DNA of 64,000 nucleotides from Deltaproteobacteria bacterium (lineage in GTDB: Bacteria; Myxococcota_A; Polyangia; Polyangiales; Houyiibacteriaceae). Positions 40,529 to 51,155 of this stretch are shown piece by piece; the first letter of the stretch is position 1; each line of letters begins with the position of its first letter. Under the pieces are notes generated by a model that was not told the origin of the DNA, ran no database searches, and saw nothing but the letters and a program-made list of their open reading frames with translations. Where the stretch lies: assembly GCA_017644045.1 (NCBI GenBank), contig JAEPMI010000011.1, forward strand, positions 58,029-122,028, given 5' to 3'. Both the position numbers and the translations under genes were made by a program.

Positions 40529-42730
40529 TCAGGGTCCCGATTCGGGAACCACGAAGTCGCACTGGGACAGCACCCGCCCGTCCGAAAGGCGGACGCGCAC
40601 CGTCGAGAGGTATTCCTCGAGGGCGGCGATGGCATGGGTCGTTGCGTCGGGATCGCTGGCACGAGCAGCGTCTCCGATGTGAGTCGCGAGCTCCGTGAGC
40701 TGCATGAAGCCGTAGGCTCCACCCGAGCCCCGTACCCGGTGGGCGATGGACCGAATCAACTCGTAGTCGCTGGTCTTCTGTGCACCGCGCAGGAGCTGGA
40801 TCTCAGCGAGTCGACGGCCGAGGAACTCAGGGATCAAGTCTTCGACCTCGGGGGGCGCATCCACGAGCTCACCCGCCTCGGCGTCCCGGGCATCGGGCGG
40901 CTCTTCGGGTGTCAACATCTCCGCCACGACCTCGACGAGCGCGGCTCGCTTGAAGGGCTTGGTCAGCAGCCGATCGTACCCGTTGGCGACGCACCGATCC
41001 TCCACCTGGGCTCTGGCGTGCCCGGTCACGGCGATCAGAGCGACATCCGGATCGGCGCTCCGGATCCGTCGCGCCAGAGCGTAGCCGTCCATCCCTGGCA
41101 TTTCGAGATCGCTCAGCACCAGATCGACGCGTCGACTGCCAAAGAGTGCTTCGGCCTCGAGACCGGAGCCGGCTTCCACGATTCGGTGGCCGTCGCGTTC
41201 CAGCAGCCGCTTCGTCAGCGCGCGCGATGACGCGTCGTCGTCCACGACCATCACCACGGCGCGCTTGTCCATGATGCCGTGCAGCGACTGGAGGAACGTG
41301 TCCGGTCGGAGCGGCTTGCTGACGAAGTCGTCCGCTCCCGCCTCGAGCGCTTCCTGACGCACGAAGGGCAGCGCGTAGGCGGTCAGGACGATGATGGGTG
41401 TCCGGTCACGCCCGTTCTCTCGCTCCAGGGTGCGGATGGCCCGGGTCAGCTCGATGCCCGAGAGCCCCGGCATCTCGACGTCGGTCACCACGGCGTCGTA
41501 CTCGCGCTGGCGCATGCGCTCGAGCGCCGTGGGGCCGTCCGACGCGACGTCGGTCATGAACCCTGCGCGCTGCAGCGTTCGCGAGATCACCGCACGATTG
41601 TCCGGGTCGTCCTCCGCGATCAGCACTCGGAGGAGGGTCAGCTCGGAGTACGAGCTCTTCCGCTCGGGTTCGGACCGTCCGAGACAGACCTCGATCGCGG
41701 AAAAGAGCTCGCTCCGTCGCAGCGGCGCTCGAACGACGGCCTTGGCTCCGACTTCGTCGCCAATCTGGCGAAGGCTGGAAGATGCGCCCACGAGGATCGT
41801 CGGCACCGCGGCATCGATGCCCCCGGCGAGCAGGGCATCTTCTGCCACCACCCGAACGTCTGCGTCCGAGGCGTCGGCGAGATCGGCGATGACGCTCACG
41901 TCGGCCCCAGCCGTGTGGAGCAGTCGCGTGAGGGCTTCCCGTCGCTCACTCAGCGGATCGCAGAGCTGAACCCGCGGTTTGGTCTCGAGCGCGGGGGGAA
42001 GGGCTTCGCCTGTATCGAGTGGCAGCTGAACTCGCGCGACCGTTCCGCCGCCTGGCCGGTCGAAGAGGGTCACCTCGCCGTGCATCGCGGTGACGAGGCC
42101 GCGCACGATGGGAAGACCGAGTCCGGTGCCGGCCACCGAGTCGTCGCCGCGGACGAAGCGGTCGAACGCACGCTGGTGCATCTCCCGGCTCATTCCCACC
42201 CCGGTGTCCTCGATCGTCAAGCCGACACCACGGATGGGGCCCCCCGCTTCGACCCGCACGACGACCGACCCCGTCCTCGTGAACTTCACCGCGTTGTCCG
42301 CGAGAGCGCTCACCACTCGCGTGAAGCGCTGGAGGTCGCCCAGGACCGGCTTCACCACTCCACCGACGTCGACGATCAGGGTGATGCCTCGTTCACGCGC
42401 TCGCTCCGCCAAGCTCTCGGCGACCTCCTCGACGACGTCGGCCGGGTCGAACGGCTGCTTCCGCAGCGCGATCTGTCCTGCATCGATGCGGCTGATGTCC
42501 AGGAGGTCCTCCACCAGCGAGAGGAGGTGCTCGCCGGCGCGGTGGACACGCTTGATCATCCCTCGCTGTTCGGCGGAGAGCGAGCTCTCGAGGACGAGCT
42601 CGGTCATTCCCAGAATGGCGTTCAACGGAGTCCGCATCTCGTGGCTCATCGCCACGAGGAACTCGGTGTCTTCGCTGAGCTCGTCGCCGCCGGGAGGGCC
42701 GGTCATTCCCATCGAGGATAGCGTGTTCAC
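40529..42730 (-). CDS. Sensor-less hybrid histidine kinase: HisKA-HATPase, receiver(-like) domains, C-terminal Hpt
   Basis: The H-box FLVAMSHEMRTPLNAI begins at about residue 24. The ATPase motif is GTGLGLPIV. Two clear REC domains are present (RVLIAEDDPDNR...TDVEMPGLSG; VVMVVDDDASSR...SDLEMPGMDG). The Hpt motif is IAHRVRGSGGAYGF. The GTG start at 42730 lies 12 nt after the glmS stop. Confidence 0.85.
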   Translation of the reverse strand: MNTLSSMGMTGPPGGDELSEDTEFLVAMSHEMRTPLNAILGMTELVLESSLSAEQRGMIKRVHRAGEHLLSLVEDLLDISRIDAGQIALRKQPFDPADVVEEVAESLAERARERGITLIVDVGGVVKPVLGDLQRFTRVVSALADNAVKFTRTGSVVVRVEAGGPIRGVGLTIEDTGVGMSREMHQRAFDRFVRGDDSVAGTGLGLPIVRGLVTAMHGEVTLFDRPGGGTVARVQLPLDTGEALPPALETKPRVQLCDPLSERREALTRLLHTAGADVSVIADLADASDADVRVVAEDALLAGGIDAAVPTILVGASSSLRQIGDEVGAKAVVRAPLRRSELFSAIEVCLGRSEPERKSSYSELTLLRVLIAEDDPDNRAVISRTLQRAGFMTDVASDGPTALERMRQREYDAVVTDVEMPGLSGIELTRAIRTLERENGRDRTPIIVLTAYALPFVRQEALEAGADDFVSKPLRPDTFLQSLHGIMDKRAVVMVVDDDASSRALTKRLLERDGHRIVEAGSGLEAEALFGSRRVDLVLSDLEMPGMDGYALARRIRSADPDVALIAVTGHARAQVEDRCVANGYDRLLTKPFKRAALVEVVAEMLTPEEPPDARDAEAGELVDAPPEVEDLIPEFLGRRLAEIQLLRGAQKTSDYELIRSIAHRVRGSGGAYGFMQLTELATHIGDAARASDPDATTHAIAALEEYLSTVRVRLSDGRVLSQCDFVVPESGP

Positions 42731-42742
42731 GCGGTCGCGTCC

Positions 42743-44560
<1,818 letters not shown>

Positions 44561-44743
44561 AGCTGCACCTCTCGAGTTGGAGCGGCCCCAACGACCGCCG
44601 ATGGCTGAAGTAGCAACTCGTGGGCCAGGGGGCGGCGAGCCTTGCGGCGTAGGGAGTCCGGCGACGCGGCCCACATCGGAACGCAGCCGTCCCGATACGG
44701 AAATACTCGGCCCTTCGGCGGCCCGAGCGGCGGCAACGAGGGT

Positions 44744-44758
44744 TGGTACGGGACGTGC
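44744..44758 (+). promoter_or_regulatory. Sigma-54-like -24/-12 element TGGTAC-N5-GTGC
   Basis: GG at 44745-44746 and GC at 44757-44758 have consensus spacing (TGGCAC-N5-TTGC). The ATG at 44773 lies 15 nt after the GC. Confidence 0.4.
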
Positions 44759-44772
44759 TCAGGTCCTTTGCC

Positions 44773-45519
44773 ATGCGGGAAGACATGCACGTTCACTCCA
44801 CGTTCTCCGATGGTCGGCACACGGTCGAACAGAACGCCGAGACGGCGGCCTCCCGTGGTCTCACGCGGCTCGGCTGCGTCGACCACGTGCGCCGGGACAC
44901 CACCTGGCTGCCGGACTTCGTTCGTCACGTCCGCAAGGTCGACGCGACGTCGCCCGTACGCCTGGAGGTCGGTGTGGAGGCGAAGCTCCTCGATGCCCGG
45001 GGGACGCTCGACGTCCCGCGCGACCTTCGCGGCGTCGACTGGATCTACGCGGCCGACCACCAGGTCCCCTGGAAGACCGGCGTTCTCCGGCCTCAGGACG
45101 TGCGACGGCTGCTCCAGCTGGGGCGACTCGATTCCGCCGACGTCTTCGAGCTCCTCTGTCTGGCGACCCGCGACTCGATGCGTCGGTACACGAAGGTCGT
45201 CGTCGCTCACCTCTTCAGCGTTCTTCCCAAGGTGGGTCTCAGCGAAGACCAGGTGCCGCTCGACCTCGTCGACGAGCTCGCGGCGACGGCGGCGGCGCGC
45301 GGCGCCGAGATCGAGGTCGACGAGCGCTGGCGTTGCCCATCGCCTCGGGTGGTCGAGCGTTTCGTTCGCCACGGCGTGCCTGTCCGCGCGAGCTCCGACA
45401 GTCACCGTCGGGAGACGATCGGCAAGTACCGATACGTGAACCAGGTCTTCTTCGAGCTCGGCCAACTTCGTCAGGAGTCGGGCGCCTACGCGCCTGCGGA
45501 GAAGGCCCGTGCTGCGTGA
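44773..45519 (+). CDS. PHP-domain metal-dependent phosphoesterase
   Basis: MREDMHVHSTFSDGRHT...LGCVDHV is the typical PHP N-terminal His cluster. The 3' end overlaps the next gene by 11 nt. Confidence 0.7.
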   Translation: MREDMHVHSTFSDGRHTVEQNAETAASRGLTRLGCVDHVRRDTTWLPDFVRHVRKVDATSPVRLEVGVEAKLLDARGTLDVPRDLRGVDWIYAADHQVPWKTGVLRPQDVRRLLQLGRLDSADVFELLCLATRDSMRRYTKVVVAHLFSVLPKVGLSEDQVPLDLVDELAATAAARGAEIEVDERWRCPSPRVVERFVRHGVPVRASSDSHRRETIGKYRYVNQVFFELGQLRQESGAYAPAEKARAA

Positions 45520-46780
45520 GCACGCCGTCGCCGGACTCTTCGCCGTTCTGGCGGCTTCGAGCGCGAACGCCCAGGAGGTGGACCCGCGAGGGGTCCGCTT
45601 CGAGCGGGCGGCGCACTTGATGGCCGAAGGGCAGCGAGAGCAGGCCTATCCGGAGTTGGTCGCCCTCACCGAGGATGGTGCGCCGTTTCCGGAGGCCTAC
45701 CTCTTTCGAGGGAGCATCGAGCGTGAGCGAGGCGATCTCGCCCAGGCGCAGCGCGCGTTCGAGGCTGGCCTGGCGGTGGCCCCGAGCCATCGCTCCCTCC
45801 GCCTCGAGCTCGCGGTCACCCTCTCCTGGAAGGGAGAGACCGAGAAGGCCCTCGCTTCCTACGAGGCCGTCCTCGCCGCCGACCCCGACGACACGGTTGC
45901 CGCCGTGGGCCGAGGTCGGATGCTCTTCTGGCTCGGCCGCCACGAAGCCGCGGTCGAGGCCTTCGAGGCGGTGCTCGCGCAGGAACCCGAGAACCTCGAG
46001 GCGATGGTGGGCCTGGCCGACGTGCACCGGGCGCGCCTGCGGAGGCGGGACGCGCGTGAGCTCTACGATCGGGCGCTGACCATCGATCCTGCGTTCCAGC
46101 CGGCGGTCGAGGGCAAGGCGAAGCTGTCGGAGGCGACCCGCGCGGAGCTTCGTCTCGACCTCGGCCTCTCCCATGGCGACGCCGGCCTGAGCGGGCGCGG
46201 GGGGCTGGGCGCGACCGTGTTTCTCACGCCCGAGCTCAGCCTGGTCGCCGGCTTTCGGCAGGACGTGCAACGCAACGAGCTCGAGATGGCTCGCATCGGG
46301 ACCGTGTCCCTGGTCGCGAGAGTCGGCGAACGACTGGCCATCGAGGCCGGCTACCAGCTCCTGCGTGCCGAAGGAGACCGAATCCACCGCATCCCGCTCG
46401 GGCTCTCGTTCCGGGCGACCGACAAGTGGACCTTGCTCCTTTCGACCCGGCCCGGTGTCCGCGAGGATGGGCGATTCGAGCACCTGACCATGCTCGGCTC
46501 GCAGCATCAGGTGGGACCCTTTCGCTGGATGTTGCAGGTCTTCCGAGGTGACCACCGCACCCAGCACGAGACGGTGTTCGCGCTCTCGGGCGAGCTCGAT
46601 TTCGGCGTGTTCGGTGTTCGGGTCGGGGTCGCGGGGGCCGTCGCCGAACAGCACTACGGCACCGTGGGCGCGCAGCTGCGGCTCACTCTCGGCCGTCGCC
46701 ACGACCTGCTCCTCGGCTACGACCACCTGACCCTCGGTGGTCGCCATGTATCCACCCTCGGCTATCGGGTGCGGCTGTGA
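45509..46780 (+). CDS. Secreted TPR plus beta-barrel protein (BcsC/PgaA-like exopolysaccharide export porin candidate)
   Basis: The signal peptide is AGLFAVLAASSANAQ. TPR units run from about residue 30 to 190. The C-terminal half has alternating beta-strand patterns (AELRLDLGLS, LGATVFLT, LSLVAGFR, TLGYRVRL). The GTG start is preceded by GAGAAGG. Confidence 0.55.
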   Translation: MLREHAVAGLFAVLAASSANAQEVDPRGVRFERAAHLMAEGQREQAYPELVALTEDGAPFPEAYLFRGSIERERGDLAQAQRAFEAGLAVAPSHRSLRLELAVTLSWKGETEKALASYEAVLAADPDDTVAAVGRGRMLFWLGRHEAAVEAFEAVLAQEPENLEAMVGLADVHRARLRRRDARELYDRALTIDPAFQPAVEGKAKLSEATRAELRLDLGLSHGDAGLSGRGGLGATVFLTPELSLVAGFRQDVQRNELEMARIGTVSLVARVGERLAIEAGYQLLRAEGDRIHRIPLGLSFRATDKWTLLLSTRPGVREDGRFEHLTMLGSQHQVGPFRWMLQVFRGDHRTQHETVFALSGELDFGVFGVRVGVAGAVAEQHYGTVGAQLRLTLGRRHDLLLGYDHLTLGGRHVSTLGYRVRL

Positions 46781-48612
46781 ATCGTCTCGCCATCCTCGTG
46801 CTGACGCTCCTCCAGGCGTCGAGCGCTCTCGCCGCCGACGCGCTGCTCGAACGCCCGGAGACCCTCCGCGGTGCCCACGCCTCCTGGGAGGTGACCTTCG
46901 AGGGCAGCGGCAGTCCCCGCGTCGACCTCCGCTACGAAGCGTCCGACTTGCTCTCGCGCCGCTCGCTCCTGACCGTCGAGGTCGATGGCGTGCCGCGGGT
47001 GACCCGGCCATTGCGTGCGAGCGGCCGGCTCGTGGCGGCACTCGGTGAGCTCGGCGAGGGCTTTCACCGTCTGACCGTTCGCGCGCGACTGCGCGTCGAC
47101 GAGGATCCCTGCCTCGATCAGAGCGCCGACGACGCCTGGGTTCGGATCGATTCGGCCGACCTGCATGGCGTCTCCGCCAGCGCGGGCGGGGAGACGCTGC
47201 TCGAGTGGCTCGGCGAGCAGAGCGAAGAGTCGATCCGGCTGGAGGTCCCGGACGAGGTGCGCGAGTCGCTGGAGCCCGACTGGGCGAGCGCCGTCCTCGA
47301 CGCCCACGCGCTCCTGTGGAGTCGCGGCCTGAAGCCCGCCCCGCGGGCGGACCGGGCGCTGCACCTTCGCGTCGGAGCGGTCGACGAGGGCGTCGCCTTC
47401 GCAGCGGTCGACGGGGACGACCTGGTGGTGACCGCCGCTGGCCCCGGCGCGCTCGCCGTCGGTCTCCGCGCCCTCGGTGACGAGGGGGTGCTCCAACGCT
47501 GCGTCACCGAGGGATGCGAGCTCTCCGAGCTGCGCGAGAGCGCGGAGGTACGGAGCGATCGGACCACCGAGGTCGTGCGCCTCGACGACCTCGGGTTCGC
47601 TCGCGGCTGGCGCGCCGCTGGGGAAGGCCGGCATGTCCTCCGCTTCGGCTGGGACCGACCCGCCGACTGGCGGCCGACCGAGTGGCCGCGGGTCGAGATG
47701 GCGGTGCGGGTTCCAGCGACGGGGATCGACGTCGAGCGAAGCCGCGCGACGCTCTCGGTCAACGACATCCCCCTCGCGACCTGGGCGCTCGAAGCGGGTG
47801 AAGCTCGTTGGCGGGGTCGCGTGCCCGAGGCGGTGTGGACCGAGGGCCGCTGGGAGGTCGAGCTCGCGGTGACCCTGCGCACCCACGAGGACGAGGGCTG
47901 CCACGACGAAGACGACGACCTGTGGGTCCACGTGGACGGGTCCAGCTCCCTGACGGTCCCCCGCGAGGAGCTCGCCTTCGCTGGGCTCGCCTCCGCGGTG
48001 GATCATTTTCGCGGGGCCCCGCTGGTCTGGAACGAGCGCCTCGGCGTCGACGCGCTCGGTGCCGTTGGCGCCGTGCTCGCCCCGCTGCAGGGAAGCGAGC
48101 CCTGGCGCTGGTTGCCGCCCGGTCGGGAGTGTCGAGGGGCCTGCATCCGCATCGCCAGTGGTCGCTGGTGGGAGGACGAGTCCCGGTTGACCCTCGTCGG
48201 CGACGTCGGGCGCCGTCGCTGGCGAGACGACTCCGGCGAGCTCGGCATGCCCTTGCTCCCCGCGGAGGACACCCTCCTGCTCGAGCGCCGCGGTCGCGAC
48301 GAGCTCCTCGTGGTGGCCTTGGGTGCGCCCGAGGAGCTGGCGCCCCCCAGTTGGGTGGGGCTCCTGGGTGAGATCGCGCTCTTCCACGACGGTGCCTGGG
48401 ACATTCTCGCGGTCGACGACGAGCCCACCGTGGCGAGAGTCGTGGAGGCGCCAGAACCCGAACAGGCGGCTCAGATGTCGGTCGAGGAGGCGCAGGTCCG
48501 CTGGGTCGACGTCGGCTTCACCGTCTTGGCCGGCCTCGTGCTCGCCTCGGTCGCGTTCACCTCCTTCCGCCGTCGGCGCCGGAAGGACACCCCTTCAGGA
48601 GTCTCGACATGA
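46777..48612 (+). CDS. Periplasmic BcsB-like (cellulose-synthase regulatory-subunit-like) protein with a C-terminal TM anchor
   Basis: It has a signal peptide. Two repeats follow the BcsB-like pattern (RVDLRYEASDLLSRRSLLTVEVDGVPRVTRPL and a second unit ...RSRATLSVNDIPLATWAL). The C-terminal TM segment is VGFTVLAGLVLASVAFTSFRRRRR. The start overlaps the upstream stop (GTGA). The family call is by pattern only. Confidence 0.45.
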   Translation: MNRLAILVLTLLQASSALAADALLERPETLRGAHASWEVTFEGSGSPRVDLRYEASDLLSRRSLLTVEVDGVPRVTRPLRASGRLVAALGELGEGFHRLTVRARLRVDEDPCLDQSADDAWVRIDSADLHGVSASAGGETLLEWLGEQSEESIRLEVPDEVRESLEPDWASAVLDAHALLWSRGLKPAPRADRALHLRVGAVDEGVAFAAVDGDDLVVTAAGPGALAVGLRALGDEGVLQRCVTEGCELSELRESAEVRSDRTTEVVRLDDLGFARGWRAAGEGRHVLRFGWDRPADWRPTEWPRVEMAVRVPATGIDVERSRATLSVNDIPLATWALEAGEARWRGRVPEAVWTEGRWEVELAVTLRTHEDEGCHDEDDDLWVHVDGSSSLTVPREELAFAGLASAVDHFRGAPLVWNERLGVDALGAVGAVLAPLQGSEPWRWLPPGRECRGACIRIASGRWWEDESRLTLVGDVGRRRWRDDSGELGMPLLPAEDTLLLERRGRDELLVVALGAPEELAPPSWVGLLGEIALFHDGAWDILAVDDEPTVARVVEAPEPEQAAQMSVEEAQVRWVDVGFTVLAGLVLASVAFTSFRRRRRKDTPSGVST

Positions 48613-48749
48613 ACCGTCTCGAACACTTGAGGCTCCAAAAACGGCGGGTGCGTGCCATTCGCCGATGGACGCTCCTGCTCCTGGGGCTGGATCTCCTGCT
48701 CGCCGCCTCCCTGCTCGGCCACTACGCCCTCTCCCGCTTCGCCGCCTGA
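48609..48749 (+). CDS. 46-aa single-TM micro-protein (too short for the supplied ORF track)
   Basis: ATG 48609 overlaps the BcsB-like stop (ATGA). The sequence is MNRLEHLRLQKRRVRAIRRWTLLLLGLDLLLAASLLGHYALSRFAA: a basic N-terminus followed by one TM helix. Third codon positions are mostly GC. Confidence 0.5.
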   Translation: MNRLEHLRLQKRRVRAIRRWTLLLLGLDLLLAASLLGHYALSRFAA

Positions 48750-48756
48750 ACCCCCC

Positions 48757-49338
48757 GTGACCAACCACTTGCAGCTCGTATCCAGCGAACCGCCGGACCA
48801 GGTCTACGAACGGCTTCGTCCCCACCTCACCCAGGGGCTCTTGCCCGCGGACCCGGCCTTGCTCGCCATCATCGTTCCTGGCCTGCCCGAACCGGGGGCG
48901 TTGCGCGTGGCGCTCGACCGGCTCGTCGCCAGCGGCCGGCTACGGCGCGTCCTCATCGGCGCCGAAGCGCACCTCCTCGACGGTGCGGGGCCGATGCCCG
49001 CGCCGGTTCAGCACGCCCCCGTGCCCATGCCCTCGCAGATGCACGTCCCGCAGATGCAGGTCCCGCAGGTGATTCCACACACCGCTCCCGTCCAGTATCA
49101 GGGGCACCCCATGGTCGCACCTCCCGCGACGATGGTGGCGCCGGTGGCACCTTCGCTCGATCCGCAGCCGAAGCCCTCCGAGACCGTGGCTGGCGGAGAC
49201 ATGGACTTCGAGCTGGAGGTCGCCATCGACGTGGAGACCGAGCGCGCCGTCCTCTGGCGGGTGGCGTTGGTGGTGGCGGCCCTCGGCTTGCTGGCCCTCT
49301 TGCGCCAGTGGATGCTCATCGGCATCGGAAGCGGCTGA
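48757..49338 (+). CDS. Hypothetical protein with a Pro/Gln/Met-rich linker and C-terminal TM helix
   Basis: The GTG 48757 start lies 7 nt after the micro-ORF stop. High GC at third codon positions. The linker reads HAPVPMPSQMHVPQMQVPQVIPHTAPVQYQ. The TM segment is LWRVALVVAALGLLALL. Confidence 0.55.
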   Translation: MTNHLQLVSSEPPDQVYERLRPHLTQGLLPADPALLAIIVPGLPEPGALRVALDRLVASGRLRRVLIGAEAHLLDGAGPMPAPVQHAPVPMPSQMHVPQMQVPQVIPHTAPVQYQGHPMVAPPATMVAPVAPSLDPQPKPSETVAGGDMDFELEVAIDVETERAVLWRVALVVAALGLLALLRQWMLIGIGSG

Positions 49339-49350
49339 GGAGGACACCCC

Positions 49351-49692
49351 ATGGAGATGAGTCTCGGGTACATGGTGGAGACGGTCGAAGCGCTGGCCAC
49401 CAAGGGATACGTGGTCGAACGGGCCGAAGAGCCCTACGCGGACGACGGCTCGGTCGTCGGACACCTCTTCACCCTCACCAAGCCGGAGGTCGAGCTCCGC
49501 TTGGAGACCGTCGTTCATGCCGAGGACGGCGAGCGCTACTTTCTCGAGATCAAGTCGTACCACGGTCTCTGGTCCCACTCCTTCGAGCTGGACAGCTGGA
49601 AGCATCGGCCCGATCGGATCGAGTTCAAGTACCAGCCGAGGCCCGATGGGACCGGTGGGCTCGCGTTCACCCTCGTCTTCGACGAAGCCTGA
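49351..49692 (+). CDS. Small soluble hypothetical protein (113 aa)
   Basis: ATG 49351 is preceded by GAGGAGGA. Codon bias is strongly coding. No recognisable motif. Confidence 0.65.
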   Translation: MEMSLGYMVETVEALATKGYVVERAEEPYADDGSVVGHLFTLTKPEVELRLETVVHAEDGERYFLEIKSYHGLWSHSFELDSWKHRPDRIEFKYQPRPDGTGGLAFTLVFDEA

Positions 49693-49705
49693 TAGGCTGC
49701 CGCGC

Positions 49706-51040
49706 ATGGGAGGAACCATCGTCGTCGTCGAGGACGACATCGACCAGCGCACGCTCGTGTCCCGGTGGCTGGAACAAGAGGGCCACGACGTGGAGCCCGT
49801 CGAGACGGCGGAGCAACTGGTGGAGATCCTGGCGACCTCGGTACCGGACTGCGTCTGCCTGGACCTCGAGCTTCCCGGCATGACGGGGATGGAGGCGCTC
49901 TCTCGACTGCGAGCGACCCATCCCCAGCTCCCGGTGATCATCGTCACCGCCGAGCGGGAGGTCGATGTCGTGGTCGACGCGATGCAGTCCGGGGCCTACG
50001 ACTTCCTCCCGAAGCCGCTCGACAAGCTCAAGCTCCTCACGATCGTGAATCGGGCGCTCGAGAAGGTCCGCATGAGTCGGCGCATTCAGGAGCTCGAGCG
50101 CGGTAGCGCCGACGAGTACGCCGGCATGATCGGTCGACACGCGACGATGCGGGCGCTCTTTCGCGAGGTCGAGCGCGTCGCCGCCACCGATGTCACCGTG
50201 CTCGTTCACGGCGAGTCCGGAACCGGAAAGGAGCTCGTCGCTCGCGCACTCCATTCACAGGGCGCTCGCGCGACGAAGCCCTTCGTGGCCATCAACTGCG
50301 CGGCGATTCCCGAGTCGCTCCAGGAGAGCGAGCTCTTCGGCCACGAGCGGGGGGCTTTCACCGGCGCGACCGACCGCCGTCAGGGACGCTTCGAGGAAGC
50401 CGACGGTGGCACGCTCTTTCTCGACGAGATCGCCGAGCTGAGCCTGCCGGCACAAGCCAAGCTCCTCCGAGTCCTGCAAGAGCGGACCTTCCGCCGAGTG
50501 GGTGGTGATCGCGACCTCCGCAGTGACTTTCGCTTGGTGGCGGCCAGCCACCAGAACCTGCTGGAGCGTGTCGCGGAGCGGACGTTTCGCGAGGACCTCT
50601 TCTTTCGGGTCGCCGTCTTCGAGCTCGACGTCCCGCCGCTTCGGGAGCGCGGGAAAGACGTGGAGCTCCTCTCTCGCTTCTTTCTGCGACACCACGACCT
50701 CGAGCTGCAGGAGGACGCGCGCTCTCTGCTCACGGCGTACGATTGGCCGGGCAACGTCCGTGAGCTCGAGAACGCCATCCGACGCGCGGTCGTGGTGGCA
50801 CGTGAGGGTGTGATCGCGGCCGCCGACTTTCCCAAGCGGATTCGCGCGGCCCTCAGCGGGAACCCGAGACCGAATGCGCCCGTCAGCGACGGCGACGGCG
50901 GAACGATGGAAGACCTCGAGCGAGCGGCGCTGGCCGACGCCCTCCAACGGCACGGTGGAAACGTCGCTGAGGTGGTGAGGGAGCTCGGCATCGGCCGAAC
51001 GACCGTCTACCGCAAGCTCAAGAAGTACGGCCTGCGCTGA
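49706..51040 (+). CDS. NtrC-family sigma-54-dependent response regulator (REC-AAA+-HTH)
   Basis: REC domain: IVVVEDDIDQRT...CLDLELPGMTG...FLPKP. AAA+ domain: GESGTGKE, GAFTGA and the Walker B motif TLFLDEI. The C-terminal HTH is VAEVVRELGIGRTTVYRKLKKYGL. Confidence 0.93.
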   Translation: MGGTIVVVEDDIDQRTLVSRWLEQEGHDVEPVETAEQLVEILATSVPDCVCLDLELPGMTGMEALSRLRATHPQLPVIIVTAEREVDVVVDAMQSGAYDFLPKPLDKLKLLTIVNRALEKVRMSRRIQELERGSADEYAGMIGRHATMRALFREVERVAATDVTVLVHGESGTGKELVARALHSQGARATKPFVAINCAAIPESLQESELFGHERGAFTGATDRRQGRFEEADGGTLFLDEIAELSLPAQAKLLRVLQERTFRRVGGDRDLRSDFRLVAASHQNLLERVAERTFREDLFFRVAVFELDVPPLRERGKDVELLSRFFLRHHDLELQEDARSLLTAYDWPGNVRELENAIRRAVVVAREGVIAAADFPKRIRAALSGNPRPNAPVSDGDGGTMEDLERAALADALQRHGGNVAEVVRELGIGRTTVYRKLKKYGLR

Positions 51041-51127
51041 GCGTCCCACGGCGGTCCGATCCGGGCCGCACGAGTCCCGGAACGGGACAGCCCCCACGAA
51101 GTCGGCCGTTTCGAGCGGCCGATTCGT

Positions 51128-51142
51128 CGGCACGGACCTTGA
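51128..51142 (+). promoter_or_regulatory. Weak sigma-54-like element cGGCAC-N5-TTGa
   Basis: GG at 51129-51130 and TTG at 51139-51141 have consensus spacing. The -12 C is replaced by A. The ATG at 51156 lies 14 nt downstream. Confidence 0.25.
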
Positions 51143-51155
51143 AAGGGTCCTCGGC

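Noticed and set aside
44561-44772. glmS ribozyme or other riboswitch in the glmS 5' leader
   Set aside because: The glmS ribozyme is known mainly from Gram-positive lineages. I could not recognise its conserved core by eye in this 210-nt region. A covariance-model search (Rfam glmS) would be needed, so no call is made.
50407-50421. TGGCAC hexamers inside genes (also at 59492 and others) as sigma-54 promoters
   Set aside because: They lack a GC dinucleotide in the -12 register, are deep inside coding sequence, and have no start codon downstream at the expected distance.
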